A stretch of DNA of 64,000 bases from Thermoplasmatota archaeon. GTDB taxonomy: Archaea; Thermoplasmatota; E2; DHVEG-1. Under the pieces are notes generated by a model. That model was given only the letters and a program-made list of their open reading frames with translations. It was not told where the DNA came from and did no database searches. Positions within the stretch are counted from its first letter, which is position 1; each line of letters opens with the position of its first letter. The stretch spans positions 50,998-114,997 of the forward strand of contig JBFEOQ010000001.1 of the NCBI GenBank assembly GCA_041550515.1, given 5' to 3'. Made by a program: the position numbers and the translations under genes. This document shows, in pieces, positions 28,178 to 39,800 of the stretch.

Positions 28178-29218
28178 TTATTTTATATTCAATTTTGGAA
28201 AAAGAAACAATTTATTATCTACTTTTATTACTTGAATTTTTTCTGTTTTATATTCAATCTCCTTTGGTTTTTTAACAATATGTATATCATAAGTTTTTTC
28301 ATCCATCAACTGTAATTCATCATTTCTCTGACTAACTATAATCATATCTAATAATAAGTTTTGACCACCTAGTATTCTAGCTTTTTCTAATTTTTTTGGA
28401 TTGACTGAAGTTTCCTCCAAAGTCGATAAATTTATTATTTTTACTTTATTTGAATGTAGTTTTTTTATTTGATAATAATTATCTTCAATTTGTATAAAAT
28501 CTCCTTTTTTGTATGAAGGAATTCTAACTAAATAAGTCATCTTATATACTTGTTTACTATCCTTCATCCCTATATTTGTTGATGACTGTTTAATATAACC
28601 ACCATATTTATCTAAAAGCATTTTTGAAATATTAAATGCTGCATTTTTATCACTTATATAAAAATCTAATCCACCATGTTCTTCTGCAATATCTGCTATA
28701 AAAAGAGCTCTATTTCCTTTTATTTGCATGCTTTCAACTACAGATATAACTGTTGTCTTTATATTATTAAGTTCTTCTTTAGAAAACTTACGCTTTTCTG
28801 TTCTTACTTGTATTATTGCTTCATGATATCCGCCAAATTGTCTCGAACATACTTCACAAATTTTCTTTTTAAGTCGAACAAGTAAATTATGTTGTTCATT
28901 GATTTCTTTTTCTTCTATTAAACCTGAAATATGTACTATGCATTCTAGACCCTGTGATGACTTATTATTTTCTATAGTTATATTGACTTTTTGTAGCTCA
29001 TTACTAATTTTAAAATTATTTTTTACAATTCTTTGTAGAATATCCTCTAAAAGATCATTCGTCCAAATATTTTTATATTTGTATCCTTGGCAGTTTACAC
29101 ATACAGATAAATCTAATGTTTCTGAACCTTTTGAAAATTTTTTATTCTTAAGGTAACATTTTAGACATACACCATCTTTGTATATTTCGTCCTCAATTCC
29201 ACATTCAACACAAAACAT
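28178..29218 (-). CDS. NMD3-family ribosome biogenesis protein
   Basis: MFCVECG...C..C, C..C, C.VCSR..GGY.EAI.Q.R, GG.DFY. Confidence 0.9.
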   Translation of the reverse strand: MFCVECGIEDEIYKDGVCLKCYLKNKKFSKGSETLDLSVCVNCQGYKYKNIWTNDLLEDILQRIVKNNFKISNELQKVNITIENNKSSQGLECIVHISGLIEEKEINEQHNLLVRLKKKICEVCSRQFGGYHEAIIQVRTEKRKFSKEELNNIKTTVISVVESMQIKGNRALFIADIAEEHGGLDFYISDKNAAFNISKMLLDKYGGYIKQSSTNIGMKDSKQVYKMTYLVRIPSYKKGDFIQIEDNYYQIKKLHSNKVKIINLSTLEETSVNPKKLEKARILGGQNLLLDMIIVSQRNDELQLMDEKTYDIHIVKKPKEIEYKTEKIQVIKVDNKLFLFPKLNIK

Positions 29219-29301
29219 AATTTGATACCATTTTTAATAGGATTATATAATCCGTATATTATAAGTATTGAGGTTGTAATATCAGGTTAAGTGATTTTAT
29301 T

Positions 29302-29796
29302 TTGGCTAATATTAGAACCGCTTCGTTTAAAGATTTAAAAGGAATAACAAAAATTTATAACCAGATGATTCTCAATACGGTTGCAACTTTTGATATCGAA
29401 CCGAAAACTTTTAAGGAGCAAAAGAAATGGTTTAAAGAACATGGAGGTAAATATCCAATAATTGTTGCAGAAATTGATAAAGAAATAGTTGGTTTCGCAT
29501 CACTTAGTAAATATTCTATTCGTTGTGCATATTCAGATACAGCAGAATTATCAGTTTATGTGAAAGAAGAATATCAAGGAAAAGGTATTGGAAAAAAGTT
29601 AGTTAAAGAAATTGTTGAAGAAGGAGAGAAAACAGGTCTTCATGCAATAATTTCAAGGATTGTAAATGGTAATAAAAAAAGTATTTATCTACATGAAATT
29701 GTAGGTTTTAAATACATTGGAACATTAAAAGAAGTTGGATATAAATTTAATAGATTATTAGATGTTTATCTGATGGAAAAAATTTTAAAAAAATAG
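29302..29796 (+). CDS. GNAT N-acetyltransferase (phosphinothricin/methionine-sulfoximine acetyltransferase-like)
   Basis: IYN..I....ATF, AY..TAELSVYV.....GKGIG, N..SI.LH...GF...G...EVG.KF. Confidence 0.85.
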   Translation: MANIRTASFKDLKGITKIYNQMILNTVATFDIEPKTFKEQKKWFKEHGGKYPIIVAEIDKEIVGFASLSKYSIRCAYSDTAELSVYVKEEYQGKGIGKKLVKEIVEEGEKTGLHAIISRIVNGNKKSIYLHEIVGFKYIGTLKEVGYKFNRLLDVYLMEKILKK

Positions 29797-29801
29797 TTTT
29801 T

Positions 29802-30392
29802 TTATTTTTTTATTTCTTTAAATCCTAGTTCAAATGCTTTTTTGTTTATATCTATATATTTCCCTGGGACACTTTCAAGAATAGCCTCAAGTAAAATATT
29901 TGGTTTAAAAGGTAAAACATCTATTCCTGCAAGAGCACCTAACATAACTACATTTTTTGTAATTTCAGCACCTGCTTCTTTTGCCAATTTTACTGCATCA
30001 ATTTTGTATAGTTTCCCATATTTTTTAAGTTCTTTGAAGATTGTTTCAAGTTCAGGATATTTTTCATCACCTGTAGCTACGGTAAAAGGAATAATTGGTA
30101 TTATATCTGTTATAATCTTAGTTTCTTTATTTGTATAATTAATGTAGCGTAATGCTTCAGAAGGCTCCATGCTAAGAACCGCGTTTGCAGAACCATTTGG
30201 GATAAGTGGTCCAGATACATCTCCTAGTCTTACAGTACAATTTACGCTTCCTCCACGTTGTGCCATACCATGGACTTCTGAGACAAATACATTAATATCA
30301 GCATTAACTGCTGCTTTTCCAAGAATTTTTGCAGCAGTAATGACACCTTGACCACCAACACCAGTTAATAATATGTTTATTTTTTCTTTCAT
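29802..30392 (-). CDS. iorB: Indolepyruvate:ferredoxin oxidoreductase beta subunit
   Basis: GVGGQG, SEVHGMAQRGGSV, EP.EALR, N.VMLGAL, N.KAF..G. Confidence 0.93.
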   Translation of the reverse strand: MKEKINILLTGVGGQGVITAAKILGKAAVNADINVFVSEVHGMAQRGGSVNCTVRLGDVSGPLIPNGSANAVLSMEPSEALRYINYTNKETKIITDIIPIIPFTVATGDEKYPELETIFKELKKYGKLYKIDAVKLAKEAGAEITKNVVMLGALAGIDVLPFKPNILLEAILESVPGKYIDINKKAFELGFKEIKK

Positions 30393-32266
30393 TTCTTTTC
30401 TTCTCCTTTATATATTGCTCCAAAAGGACAAATTGTTGCACAGTTACCACAGCCATTACACTGTTGCTCATCAATTTGTATAATGTCATCTTTACCAAAG
30501 TAGATTGCAGGACAACCGAATTTACCTATACAAGTTTTACATCTACGACATATTTCTTGATTTATTTGATAAAATGATATTTTTTCACCACGTTTAATTT
30601 TATTTCTATTCTCAAGAAGAATACAAGGGGATTTACTGACAATAACTGATGTGCCTTTAAAGTCCAATGCTCTTTTAAATGCCTCGGTGGTCTCTTTAAT
30701 ATTATTTGGATCTACAATTTCAACATTTTCTACACCACAACCTTTGCAGACATCCTCAACAATTATTTTTTTTGCAGGTCGACCCATGCCATCAAAATCT
30801 GTACCTGGATGAGGTTGATGACCTGTCATTGCAGTAGTTCTGTTATCAAGAATAGTTATAACTACGTCATGCTTATGATGAACTGCATTAACAACTGGTG
30901 GAATACCTGAATGGAAAAAGGTGCTATCGCCCATAAAACTAATTATTTTTTTATCTGTTGCAACAGCTAGACCACAAGCAGTACCTGCGTTACTACCCAT
31001 GCATAGAAGAAGATCTGCCATTTCAAGTGGTTTAGCCCGTCCAAGAGTATAACATCCGATATCTGTTGGATAAATAACATCTTTAGGTTGGGCTTTCTTT
31101 GCGGCATAATATGTTGCACGATGTGGACAACCTGGGCAAAGGGCTGGAGGTCTACTAGGAAGTTTTACTTCACTTATTTTTGGATTTATATATGGATTTT
31201 TTACTTTGAATATTTTAGAAAAAGCCTCTGCTACAATATCTGGGGTATATTCAAATAAACGAGAGAAATGACCTGAAGATTTATCATAGAATTCCACTTT
31301 AGCATTTAATTTATATGCAATAACCTTTAATTGGTTTTCTAAAATAGGTTCAAGTTCCTCTACAATAATTATTTTTTTACAGGATTTAATGAAGCTTTCA
31401 CACATTTTTTTAGGTAAAGGATTACTCATTCCAATCTTTAAAATTCTAACATCAAGTTTCAACTCCTCTGCTACTTCTTTTACATAATTATATGAAACAC
31501 CAGATGTTATAATTCCCCAAACAGAAGTTTTCCCAATTTTTATTATTTTATTAAACTCTGATTTTTCACTTAATTTTTCTGCAATATTTAGCATTTTAAG
31601 TAGTTCAGGATGTCGAGCTCGAGCAATAGCTGGTGTTGTAACCCACATAGGATTTTTTTCAAAATGACCTATTTGTCGTGGTTTTTTTATTTTTTTAAGC
31701 TCTATACTACTACGAACATGATTAAGTCTTGTAGTAGTTCTTAGAAGTATTGGTGATTGAAGTTTTTCTGAGATTTCAAAACCAATTCTTGTCATCTCTT
31801 TTGCTTCATGCGGAGTTGAAGGTTCAAGCATTGGTGCTCCTCCGAAAAGCGCATAATAACGATTATCCTGCTCATTTTGTGATGAATGACAAGATGCATC
31901 ATCTGCTGAAATAATTATATGGCCGCCTCGACAACCTAGATACATATAGGTCATAAAAGTATCACTTGCCACATTTAAACCAACATGTTTCATACATGTT
32001 AGTGCTCTTAAGCCGGATATCGCTGCTGCACCTGCTACTTCAAGTGCTACTTTTTCGTTTACTGAATATTCGAAATAAAAGCCTGGATCTTTTTTTTGTT
32101 TAGTAAAATGTTTTGCAATATTAGAAAAAGTATCTGCAATTTCAGAGGAAGGTGTACCCGGATATGTTGTTACAGCATCTACTCCTGCTTCTATTGCTCC
32201 ACGGGTTATTGCTTCGTTTCCAAGAAGAAGTATTTTCTCACCAGGTTTATTTTTTATTATTTCCAT
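30389..32266 (-). CDS. iorA: Indolepyruvate:ferredoxin oxidoreductase alpha subunit
   Basis: LLGNEAI.RG, YPGTPSSE, MKHVGLNVA, SSQNEQD, RPP.LCPGCPH, GDSTF.HSG, AMTG.Q, two ferredoxin-type Cys motifs. Confidence 0.95.
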   Translation of the reverse strand: MEIIKNKPGEKILLLGNEAITRGAIEAGVDAVTTYPGTPSSEIADTFSNIAKHFTKQKKDPGFYFEYSVNEKVALEVAGAAAISGLRALTCMKHVGLNVASDTFMTYMYLGCRGGHIIISADDASCHSSQNEQDNRYYALFGGAPMLEPSTPHEAKEMTRIGFEISEKLQSPILLRTTTRLNHVRSSIELKKIKKPRQIGHFEKNPMWVTTPAIARARHPELLKMLNIAEKLSEKSEFNKIIKIGKTSVWGIITSGVSYNYVKEVAEELKLDVRILKIGMSNPLPKKMCESFIKSCKKIIIVEELEPILENQLKVIAYKLNAKVEFYDKSSGHFSRLFEYTPDIVAEAFSKIFKVKNPYINPKISEVKLPSRPPALCPGCPHRATYYAAKKAQPKDVIYPTDIGCYTLGRAKPLEMADLLLCMGSNAGTACGLAVATDKKIISFMGDSTFFHSGIPPVVNAVHHKHDVVITILDNRTTAMTGHQPHPGTDFDGMGRPAKKIIVEDVCKGCGVENVEIVDPNNIKETTEAFKRALDFKGTSVIVSKSPCILLENRNKIKRGEKISFYQINQEICRRCKTCIGKFGCPAIYFGKDDIIQIDEQQCNGCGNCATICPFGAIYKGEEKK

Positions 32267-32420
32267 TTTTTCAACCCCAGTATAAGTAGTTTAAATAACA
32301 GTAGTACCGGAGCATGGTAAAAGAGTGAAGCATATAAAATTATCTGAATCATATGGAGAAAAAAGAGTAAAACTTTTATAAAATATTATACTTTTAATGT
32401 AATAAGATTGGTTGGTTTGT

Positions 32421-32436
32421 CGAAAGATTTATAAAT
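32421..32436 (+). promoter_or_regulatory. BRE/TATA promoter of alba
   Basis: CGAAAG followed by ATTTATAAAT about 65-80 nt upstream of the alba ATG. Confidence 0.55.
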
Positions 32437-32499
32437 GAAAACTTGGTTCTAATCGAGACTAAAAAAATAAATCAAAGATAAAAACGGAGAGGAAAAATT

Positions 32500-32802
32500 A
32501 TGACAGAAAAAGTTATTAATCCAGACGAAAACACAATATTTGTTGGAAACAAACCACCAATGAGCTATGTACTTGCTGTAGTTACACAGTTCAACGGAGG
32601 GTCTGATGAAGTAATAATTAAAGCCCGTGGCAGAGCAATTAGCCGCGCGGTAGATACTGCAGAAATAGTTAGAAACAGATTTGTGCAAAACGCAAAGGTA
32701 AAAGATATTAAAATTGGAACAGAGAGCATTACAAACGAAGAGGGGCGCAATTCGAACGTTTCTTCTATAGAAATATCTTTAACAACAAAGAAAAAGGCCT
32801 AG
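32500..32802 (+). CDS. albA: DNA/RNA-binding protein Alba
   Basis: [39 protein letters not shown]. Confidence 0.97.
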   Translation: MTEKVINPDENTIFVGNKPPMSYVLAVVTQFNGGSDEVIIKARGRAISRAVDTAEIVRNRFVQNAKVKDIKIGTESITNEEGRNSNVSSIEISLTTKKKA

Positions 32803-32811
32803 AAAAAAACT

Positions 32812-32880
32812 GATACAACGACTTTGCATTTAAATTCAAAAAAATCGATAAGCAATAGTGTTGTATCTTTCTTTTTATTT
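32812..32880 (+). terminator. Long hairpin plus T-tract downstream of alba
   Basis: GATACAAC 32812-32819 / GTTGTATC 32860-32867, with inner ACT-TTGC / GCAA-AGT pairs, then TTTCTTTTTATTT. Confidence 0.5.
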
Positions 32881-32967
32881 TTGTTTAAATTTAATAATAT
32901 TTTAATTATTTAGATAAAGCAAAATGATTTAAATCTTAAAATATATTCACCTTGCCTGTTGATAGGG

Positions 32968-34587
32968 ATGGTTAATTATATTATTGTAACAGGCGGGGTT
33001 ATTTCTGGTTTGGGTAAAGGAATTACAACCGCTTCAATCGGTAAGATTCTGCAACTTCATGGGTACAATGTTACAGCAATAAAAATAGATCCATATATGA
33101 ATTTTGATGCAGGAACTCTTAGACCTACTGAACATGGAGAAGTCTGGGTTACTGAAGATGGTGGAGAAATTGACCAAGATTTAGGACATTACGAACGTTT
33201 TTTAGATATAAACATCTCCAAATTACAAAATATTACCACAGGACAGGTTTACAATGCTGTAATAAATAAGGAACGTAAAGGTAAGTATCTTGGAAAAACT
33301 GTACAACCTATACCTCATGTTACTGATGAAATTAAAGAGAGAATTCGTTTTCCTGCAAGCCAACATAATTTAGATTTTGTATTAGTGGAAATTGGTGGTA
33401 CTGTTGGTGATTATGAAAACGTTTTATTTTTAGAAGCTGTTCGTCAGATGAAACATGAAGGGGATAAGGTTATTTTTATTCATGTGACATATGTTCCTAT
33501 GCTTGATGCTCTTGGTGAAGCAAAAACTAAGCCTACTCAACATTCTGTAAAATTACTTCGTGAAATAGGTATAATGCCTGATTTTATAATTACACGTTCA
33601 GAAAAAGCTTTGGATAATGTCCGAAGAAAGAAAATTGCTATGTTCTGTAATGTATCTGAGGAGGATGTTATCAGTAATGAAGATGTTGATAATATTTATG
33701 AGGTTAGTTTGTTATTTGAAAAGCAAAATCTTTGTAGGAAAATATTAAAAAAACTGAATTTAAGAAAAGATAAGAATAATCTTGAAGAGTGGGAAAAATT
33801 TATAAAAAAAATTAGTAGATTAAAAAATACAGTACAAATTGGTATTGTTGGTAAGTATTTTGATATTGGTACCTCACAACTCTCTGATAGTTATATTAGT
33901 GTAATAGAAGCTGTAAAGCATGCTTCATGGAATAACAATCTTATACCTGAGATTAAATGGATTGATTCAAAATCATTTGAAGTTGATCCAGTTAAACTGT
34001 CTAGTCTTGATGAATTAGATGGAGTTATTGTTCCAGGTGGTTTTGGTAATTCTGGTATAGATGGAAAAATTGCTACTATTCGTTATTGCCGCGAAAAAGG
34101 TATACCTTTTCTAGGTCTTTGTCTTGGTATGCAACTAGCTGTTGTAGAATATTCTAGAAATGCATGTGATTTAAGTAATGCTCACTCTACTGAATTTGAT
34201 AAAAAAACACCGCATCCTGTAATTGATTTTATTCCAGATCAAGTTAAAATTTTACAAGAATCTAGATATGGAGCAACTATGCGACTTGGTGCATATCCTG
34301 CAAATATTAAAAAAGATACAATTATTTTTAAACTCTATGATTCTGTAAAGGTTTCAGAACGTCATCGTCATAGATATGAAGTAAATCCTCAATATGTTGA
34401 AAAACTTGAATCATGTGGACTTATTTTCCCGGGGAGAAGTCCAGATGGCATATTAATGGAATTTATTGAATTACCAAATCATCCTTATTTTGTTGGTACC
34501 CAGGCTCATCCCGAGTTTAAATCTCGTCCCTTAAAACCAGCGCCTTTGTTTGATGGATTTATTAAAGCAGCTAAAAAAAGAGCTTAG
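32968..34587 (+). CDS. pyrG: CTP synthase
   Basis: VTGGV.SGLGKGI, KIDPY.N.D.GT, KTKPTQHSV, GLCLGMQ, ERHRHRYE, QAHPEF. Confidence 0.98.
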   Translation: MVNYIIVTGGVISGLGKGITTASIGKILQLHGYNVTAIKIDPYMNFDAGTLRPTEHGEVWVTEDGGEIDQDLGHYERFLDINISKLQNITTGQVYNAVINKERKGKYLGKTVQPIPHVTDEIKERIRFPASQHNLDFVLVEIGGTVGDYENVLFLEAVRQMKHEGDKVIFIHVTYVPMLDALGEAKTKPTQHSVKLLREIGIMPDFIITRSEKALDNVRRKKIAMFCNVSEEDVISNEDVDNIYEVSLLFEKQNLCRKILKKLNLRKDKNNLEEWEKFIKKISRLKNTVQIGIVGKYFDIGTSQLSDSYISVIEAVKHASWNNNLIPEIKWIDSKSFEVDPVKLSSLDELDGVIVPGGFGNSGIDGKIATIRYCREKGIPFLGLCLGMQLAVVEYSRNACDLSNAHSTEFDKKTPHPVIDFIPDQVKILQESRYGATMRLGAYPANIKKDTIIFKLYDSVKVSERHRHRYEVNPQYVEKLESCGLIFPGRSPDGILMEFIELPNHPYFVGTQAHPEFKSRPLKPAPLFDGFIKAAKKRA

Positions 34588-35980
34588 ATATTTCCATATT
34601 TTTACTTTTTAAGTATTCATCGATGGTTCTTGCGGCTTTTTTACCGGCACCCATTGCAAGAATTACTGTTGCAGCCCCAGTAGCAATATCTCCTCCTGCG
34701 AAAACACCTGGAACTGTTGTTCTACCGTTTTCATCAGTTTTAAGATTTCCCCATTTTTCAGTTTCCAACTCTTTAAAGGATTGTGGAACGAGAGGGTTTG
34801 GACTCTGACCTATTGCTACAAGAGCTGTATCAATATCGATTGTGAACTCCGAATTCTCAATCGGAACAGGTCGCCTTCTTCCAGATTCATCAGGTTCTCC
34901 GAGCTCCATTTTTTTACATTTAACAGCCTTAACTTTTCCTTTTTCATCTCCTATAAATTCAATGGGATTTGTTAAAAGTTTGAATATTACTCCTTCTTCC
35001 TTTGCATGATGTATTTCCTCATTTCTTGCAGGCATTTCATTTTCAGTACGTCTGTAAATAAGATAGGATTTTTTTGCACCCATTCTAAGTGCTGTACGAG
35101 CACAATCCATTGCAACATTTCCTGCACCAAAAGTAGCTGCTTTATCACCAACAGTACAAGGAGTACAATGATTTGGAAAATCATATGCTTTCATCATATT
35201 TACTCTAGTAAGAAACTCATTTGCACTATATACACCATCAAGACTTTCTCCAGGAACATTAAGCCATCTTGGAAGACCAGCTCCAGTACCAATAAATACT
35301 GCATTATATTCTTTTAACAATTCTTGAACAGTTATTGTCTTTCCAACAACTACATCATAATTGATTTCTACACCAAGTTTTTTTATATAATCAACTTCAG
35401 CGTGAACAATTGCTTTTGGTAAACGAAATTCAGGAATGCCATACATTAAAACACCACCCGGTGCATGAAGTGCCTCAAAGACTACAACCTTATGACCTAA
35501 CTTGGCTAAATCACCAGCACAAGTAAGACCAGCAGGACCAGCGCCAACAATTGCAACTTTCTTACCAGTAGGTTTTGCAATATTAGGAATTTTTACTCCT
35601 TTGTTTCTTTCATAATCAGCAATAAATCTTTCAAGTCGTCCAATTCCAACAGGTTCACCAATCTTTATAAGAGTACATTTACCTTCACACTGATTTTCAT
35701 AAGGGCAAACACGCCCACAAACTGCAGGAAGACTACTTTTTGATTTTATGATTTCAGCTGCTTTATCAAAATTTCCATCAGCAATCTCCTTGATAAACTC
35801 CGGGATATCAATTTCAACAGGACATCCTTCAGTACAGGGTTTATTTTTACATTGAAGACAACGCTTAGCTTCTTCAATAGCTATTTCAGGTTGATAACCA
35901 AATGGGACTTCGTCAAAATTCTTAATACGCTTCTTTGGATCCTGTTCAGGCATCTTGTACTTTTCTTTTTTAACAGCCAT
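34571..35980 (-). CDS. NfnB/SudA-type flavo-iron-sulfur subunit (GltD-like)
   Basis: EA.RCLQC....C..GCPV, CGRVCP.E.QCE..C, GAGPAGL, YGIPEFRLPK, YRR...EMPAR.EE, FAGGD..TGAATVI.AMGAG; follows an NfnA-type gene. Confidence 0.88.
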   Translation of the reverse strand: MAVKKEKYKMPEQDPKKRIKNFDEVPFGYQPEIAIEEAKRCLQCKNKPCTEGCPVEIDIPEFIKEIADGNFDKAAEIIKSKSSLPAVCGRVCPYENQCEGKCTLIKIGEPVGIGRLERFIADYERNKGVKIPNIAKPTGKKVAIVGAGPAGLTCAGDLAKLGHKVVVFEALHAPGGVLMYGIPEFRLPKAIVHAEVDYIKKLGVEINYDVVVGKTITVQELLKEYNAVFIGTGAGLPRWLNVPGESLDGVYSANEFLTRVNMMKAYDFPNHCTPCTVGDKAATFGAGNVAMDCARTALRMGAKKSYLIYRRTENEMPARNEEIHHAKEEGVIFKLLTNPIEFIGDEKGKVKAVKCKKMELGEPDESGRRRPVPIENSEFTIDIDTALVAIGQSPNPLVPQSFKELETEKWGNLKTDENGRTTVPGVFAGGDIATGAATVILAMGAGKKAARTIDEYLKSKNMEISKLFF

Positions 35981-36808
35981 CTATAGTTCAACTCCCGCAA
36001 CCTTACAAGCATGCTCCTCTTCTTTTAAAAACCGTTTATTTCTTAGCATTAAGTTTTCAAAATCAACTTTATGTCCATCAAATTCAGGTCCATCAACACA
36101 GGCGAATTTAATCTCGTCGTTTACAGTTACACGACAGCCGCCACACATGCCTGTACCATCAACCATAATTGGATTTAGACTAACAATTGTTTTAATATCA
36201 TATTTTCTGGTAAGATCAGCCACAACCTTCATCATAATTACGGGGCCAATTGCCCAAACAATATCGATTAGGGTTCCTTTGTCAATCAAGTTTTGTAAAA
36301 CATTGCTTACAAAACCTTTAGTTCCTTTTGATCCATCATCAGTACAAATATGAAGTTCATCGCTCCATTCCTCGATCTCTTTTTCAAGCATTAGAAGTTT
36401 TTCATTTCTTGCACCAAGAATGCTAATAACATAATTACCAGCTTTTTTCAATTCTCTTATTACTGGGTAAAGTGGTGCTATACCAACACCGCCACCTATA
36501 CAAACAATAGTTCCATATTTTTCAATTTCAGATGCAACACCCAGAGGTCCTGCAAAATTTAGAATTTTTTCTCCTACCTTCATTATTCCCAGTTGTTTTG
36601 TAGTTTTACCCACTTCCATAAAAATTATTGTAATAGTGCCTTTCTTTCTGTCGTAATCGGCAATAGTAAGTGGAATCCTTTCTCCATTTTCATCGATTCT
36701 TAAGATAATAAACTGACCAGCTTCAGCTTTTTTTGCAACAAGCGGTGCTTTAATTTTCATGAGTTTAACATTATCTGACAATACTTGTTTTTCCAATATT
36801 TCGTACAT
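35981..36808 (-). CDS. NfnA/SudB-type FAD/[2Fe-2S] subunit
   Basis: AP.VA.KA.AGQF, GERIPLTIAD, GGGVG.AP, MVDGTGMCGGCRV, FACVDGPEFD. Confidence 0.92.
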   Translation of the reverse strand: MYEILEKQVLSDNVKLMKIKAPLVAKKAEAGQFIILRIDENGERIPLTIADYDRKKGTITIIFMEVGKTTKQLGIMKVGEKILNFAGPLGVASEIEKYGTIVCIGGGVGIAPLYPVIRELKKAGNYVISILGARNEKLLMLEKEIEEWSDELHICTDDGSKGTKGFVSNVLQNLIDKGTLIDIVWAIGPVIMMKVVADLTRKYDIKTIVSLNPIMVDGTGMCGGCRVTVNDEIKFACVDGPEFDGHKVDFENLMLRNKRFLKEEEHACKVAGVEL

Positions 36809-36887
36809 AATTTTCCCGCCTCAAAATGGTTTATTGCGGTTACCTGTATTTTGGAGAGTTTTTAAAAGTTTCTGATAGAAGAAAAAC

Positions 36888-39800
36888 TTAATCATATTTT
36901 AGAACTAAAGCATGTCCTGTTCTTCCATTAAATTTAATAACAAGTGGTTTTTCAAGTCTAATATGTTTTACATAATCAAGTTCAATTTCAGCTTTTTGAT
37001 AATTTAGCCATTCCCAATCGATAAAACTTTCACGAGGATTTAACGTCGTATTTATATATCCAATTCCTCGCGAAATTATATTTTGGAAGAAATGTGTTCC
37101 TTGTGTTGGTTTTATATTAAAATTTTTAAGAGCGGTTTCAACCATAACTTTAACATTTGAAATTTGACTCCAGGTAACAGGTATGCCTAACCATTTATCT
37201 TGAGTCCCCCATCGACCGGGACCAATTAAAATGTAATGAGTTTGCTTTTCTACTAATTTCCTGTTTATTTTACCAATTTGATCTGCAATTTTAATAGTTT
37301 GTGATGAATCAAATGAATTGGGTGGGACATATATAATATCATGAATGAAATTAAATAAACCATTACCAAGAGACTTAGTAGAATGGATTAGTACGTTTTC
37401 TTTTCTGGTTTCTTTTTCATGCCATGTAATATGATCCTGTTCTTGAGAAATAATAAGGGGCCTAATCTGTATAATTGCAAATGTTGGAGGTTTTTTATTA
37501 TTGGGATCGATGTCTACTGCAAATTCAATTTCTACTGGATTTCCCATACTTTTTTGTCCTGCCTCAAGAATATCTTTCAAAATTTTTGCAAGGGGAAAAG
37601 TATTGAATTTAAGAATTCCTGCAAAAGTTATAAGATGCGGACCCTTTTTTGAAAAACTATCTCTTATCATGTGGTCATCTCTATCATAACTACTTGCAAT
37701 ATTATCAAGAACACCATCAACTACAATATCAGATATACTAATTTTTTCCAAAGTACTTTTTTCTTTCTCTGTAAGGGAAAAATTCTGCTTTTTTGTATTT
37801 AAAATATATAATTCACGTTGAGTATTTTCCATTATCATTTCAGGAGTTGAAAAGTCAGGTATAATTTCTGGATGATTTGGAGAAAATCTTAGGACTTTTT
37901 CACCTCCTACAACTGAATAACCAAGCCCAACTGCAACACTCACTATCCCCTCCTCTCTTCTTTGATATGAAACAGGATAATAATTGTAAGATTGTGCAAC
38001 TCCTGAAAAAGTTGGGTAAAATCTACCATCATAATTGCTACCTATCAATTCTTGAATTATAACTGCCATTTTTTCTTCTTCAATTTTTGCCGAAGTTGAT
38101 TCGATGTATGCTTTTGCCTCTTTGTAAAAAACGGATGCATAAACAAGTTTTATCGCATTGTTTAAATGCTCTAGTCGTTTGTTAATATCCTTATTACTAT
38201 TTGGAAGCATATATGTTGAATACATACCAGCAAAAGGATAGTTCTGAGAATCTTCAAGAAGACTTGATGACCTTATTGCAAGCGGTTTCTTGAAGTGCTT
38301 TAAAACTATCGTGAGCTTTTGTTTTAAATCATTAGAGAGTTTCCCTTTAATAAAATGTTTTGCAATTTCACTATCGGGCATATCTTTATTGTTATTTACA
38401 AATGAGTAGAGCTTATTATCTGATATAAATCGATCAAATTCATCAGTACTAATAGCTACAGTACTTGGAACAGTTATTTTAATATCAGGGTATTTTTGAT
38501 GCAAGTTATAACGAGATAAAAGTGTTCTGATAAATGCAATTCCACGTCCTTTTCCACCAAGTGAATCCCCGCCTACCTTTGTATATGAGGAATCAAATTC
38601 GAATTTTTGATGAATTAAATCAGTCATTACACCTAAGTGTCTTTCTCGACGACTTTCATTAAAGACTGCGACTAAGTATTTTCTCATTTCATCAAGTGTT
38701 TGAAAATCTGTAACTTTTTGAGGTCTTAATTTTCTAGCAAGTTTGAATTCACCTCGAGCCATGAGCCAATTTGAAAAATTATTACGATTAGCATGGAACC
38801 TTATTGATTCGATAGGTAATTTTTTTAAAATTTTTTCAAATTCTTTCAAGTTTGATGCGCGTGCAATTTCCTTTGTTCGTTTATGGTTTTTTTTGTCTGT
38901 TACTCTATTTTTATCTTCATTTATTGGAAGTAGAAAAACAAAGTCTCCAAATCCTAGGTGTTCTAATAGAAATTGATCAAAATCTTGCATAAGTGTTGGT
39001 GAGTTTTTGTTTATGAAAAAAACGCCCATTTCTTCCACTGTTTCTCTATTTTTTGGATTAGTGGATTGTAGCATTGCGGGAACAAAAGGATTATCTTTTT
39101 TTACATATTGTATTAAATCATAGCCTGCTTTAGGATCAAGTTTTCCATTTCTAAAAAAGTTAACATCTGAAATAATTCCAAGAATATAATTTTTATATTT
39201 TTTATAAAGTTCAATTCCTTCTTCATAGTTATTTGCTAGTAATATTTTTGGTCTAGCTCTTCTTCGTAGTAATCTTTGCATTTCGTTTAAATCATCTGAA
39301 ATAGATCTTTGTGTTTGTTGTACGATTTCACTATATATTACCGGAAGCAGTGTTGAATAGTCATGTATTGAATCTTCGATAACAATTATTATCTGAACAT
39401 TACCATTTATGGTATCGTATTTTACATTGATCTGATCTTCAACATATTTTACAATTGCAATAAAAAGGCTAGTATCGCCGTACCAGAAAAATGCCTTATT
39501 AATTCCTTCTTCGTTAACATGCTCTTGACATGTATGCAAATCTGCTGTATCAGTAGCTAGAATTATTATAGGTAAATCGGGGCATTCTTTTTTTATTTTT
39601 TTACCAAAATCAAATGGATTCATTCCAATGTTTTTTGACATTGTTATGACAAGATCATATTTACGTGTTTTAACCTTAGAAAGGGCTTCATCACCTGATG
39701 TTACATGTGTAACTCGTGGTGGAGAACTAAGAAGTAGATGTCTATATTCCTCAATTACTAATTCTGATATAAGTCCTTCTTCTTCAACAATAAATGCATC

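Noticed and set aside
34571..35980. Glutamate synthase small subunit (gltD) forming GOGAT with glnA
   Set aside because: No large subunit in the window, and it is directly coupled to an NfnA/SudB-type gene, so NfnB/SudA fits better.
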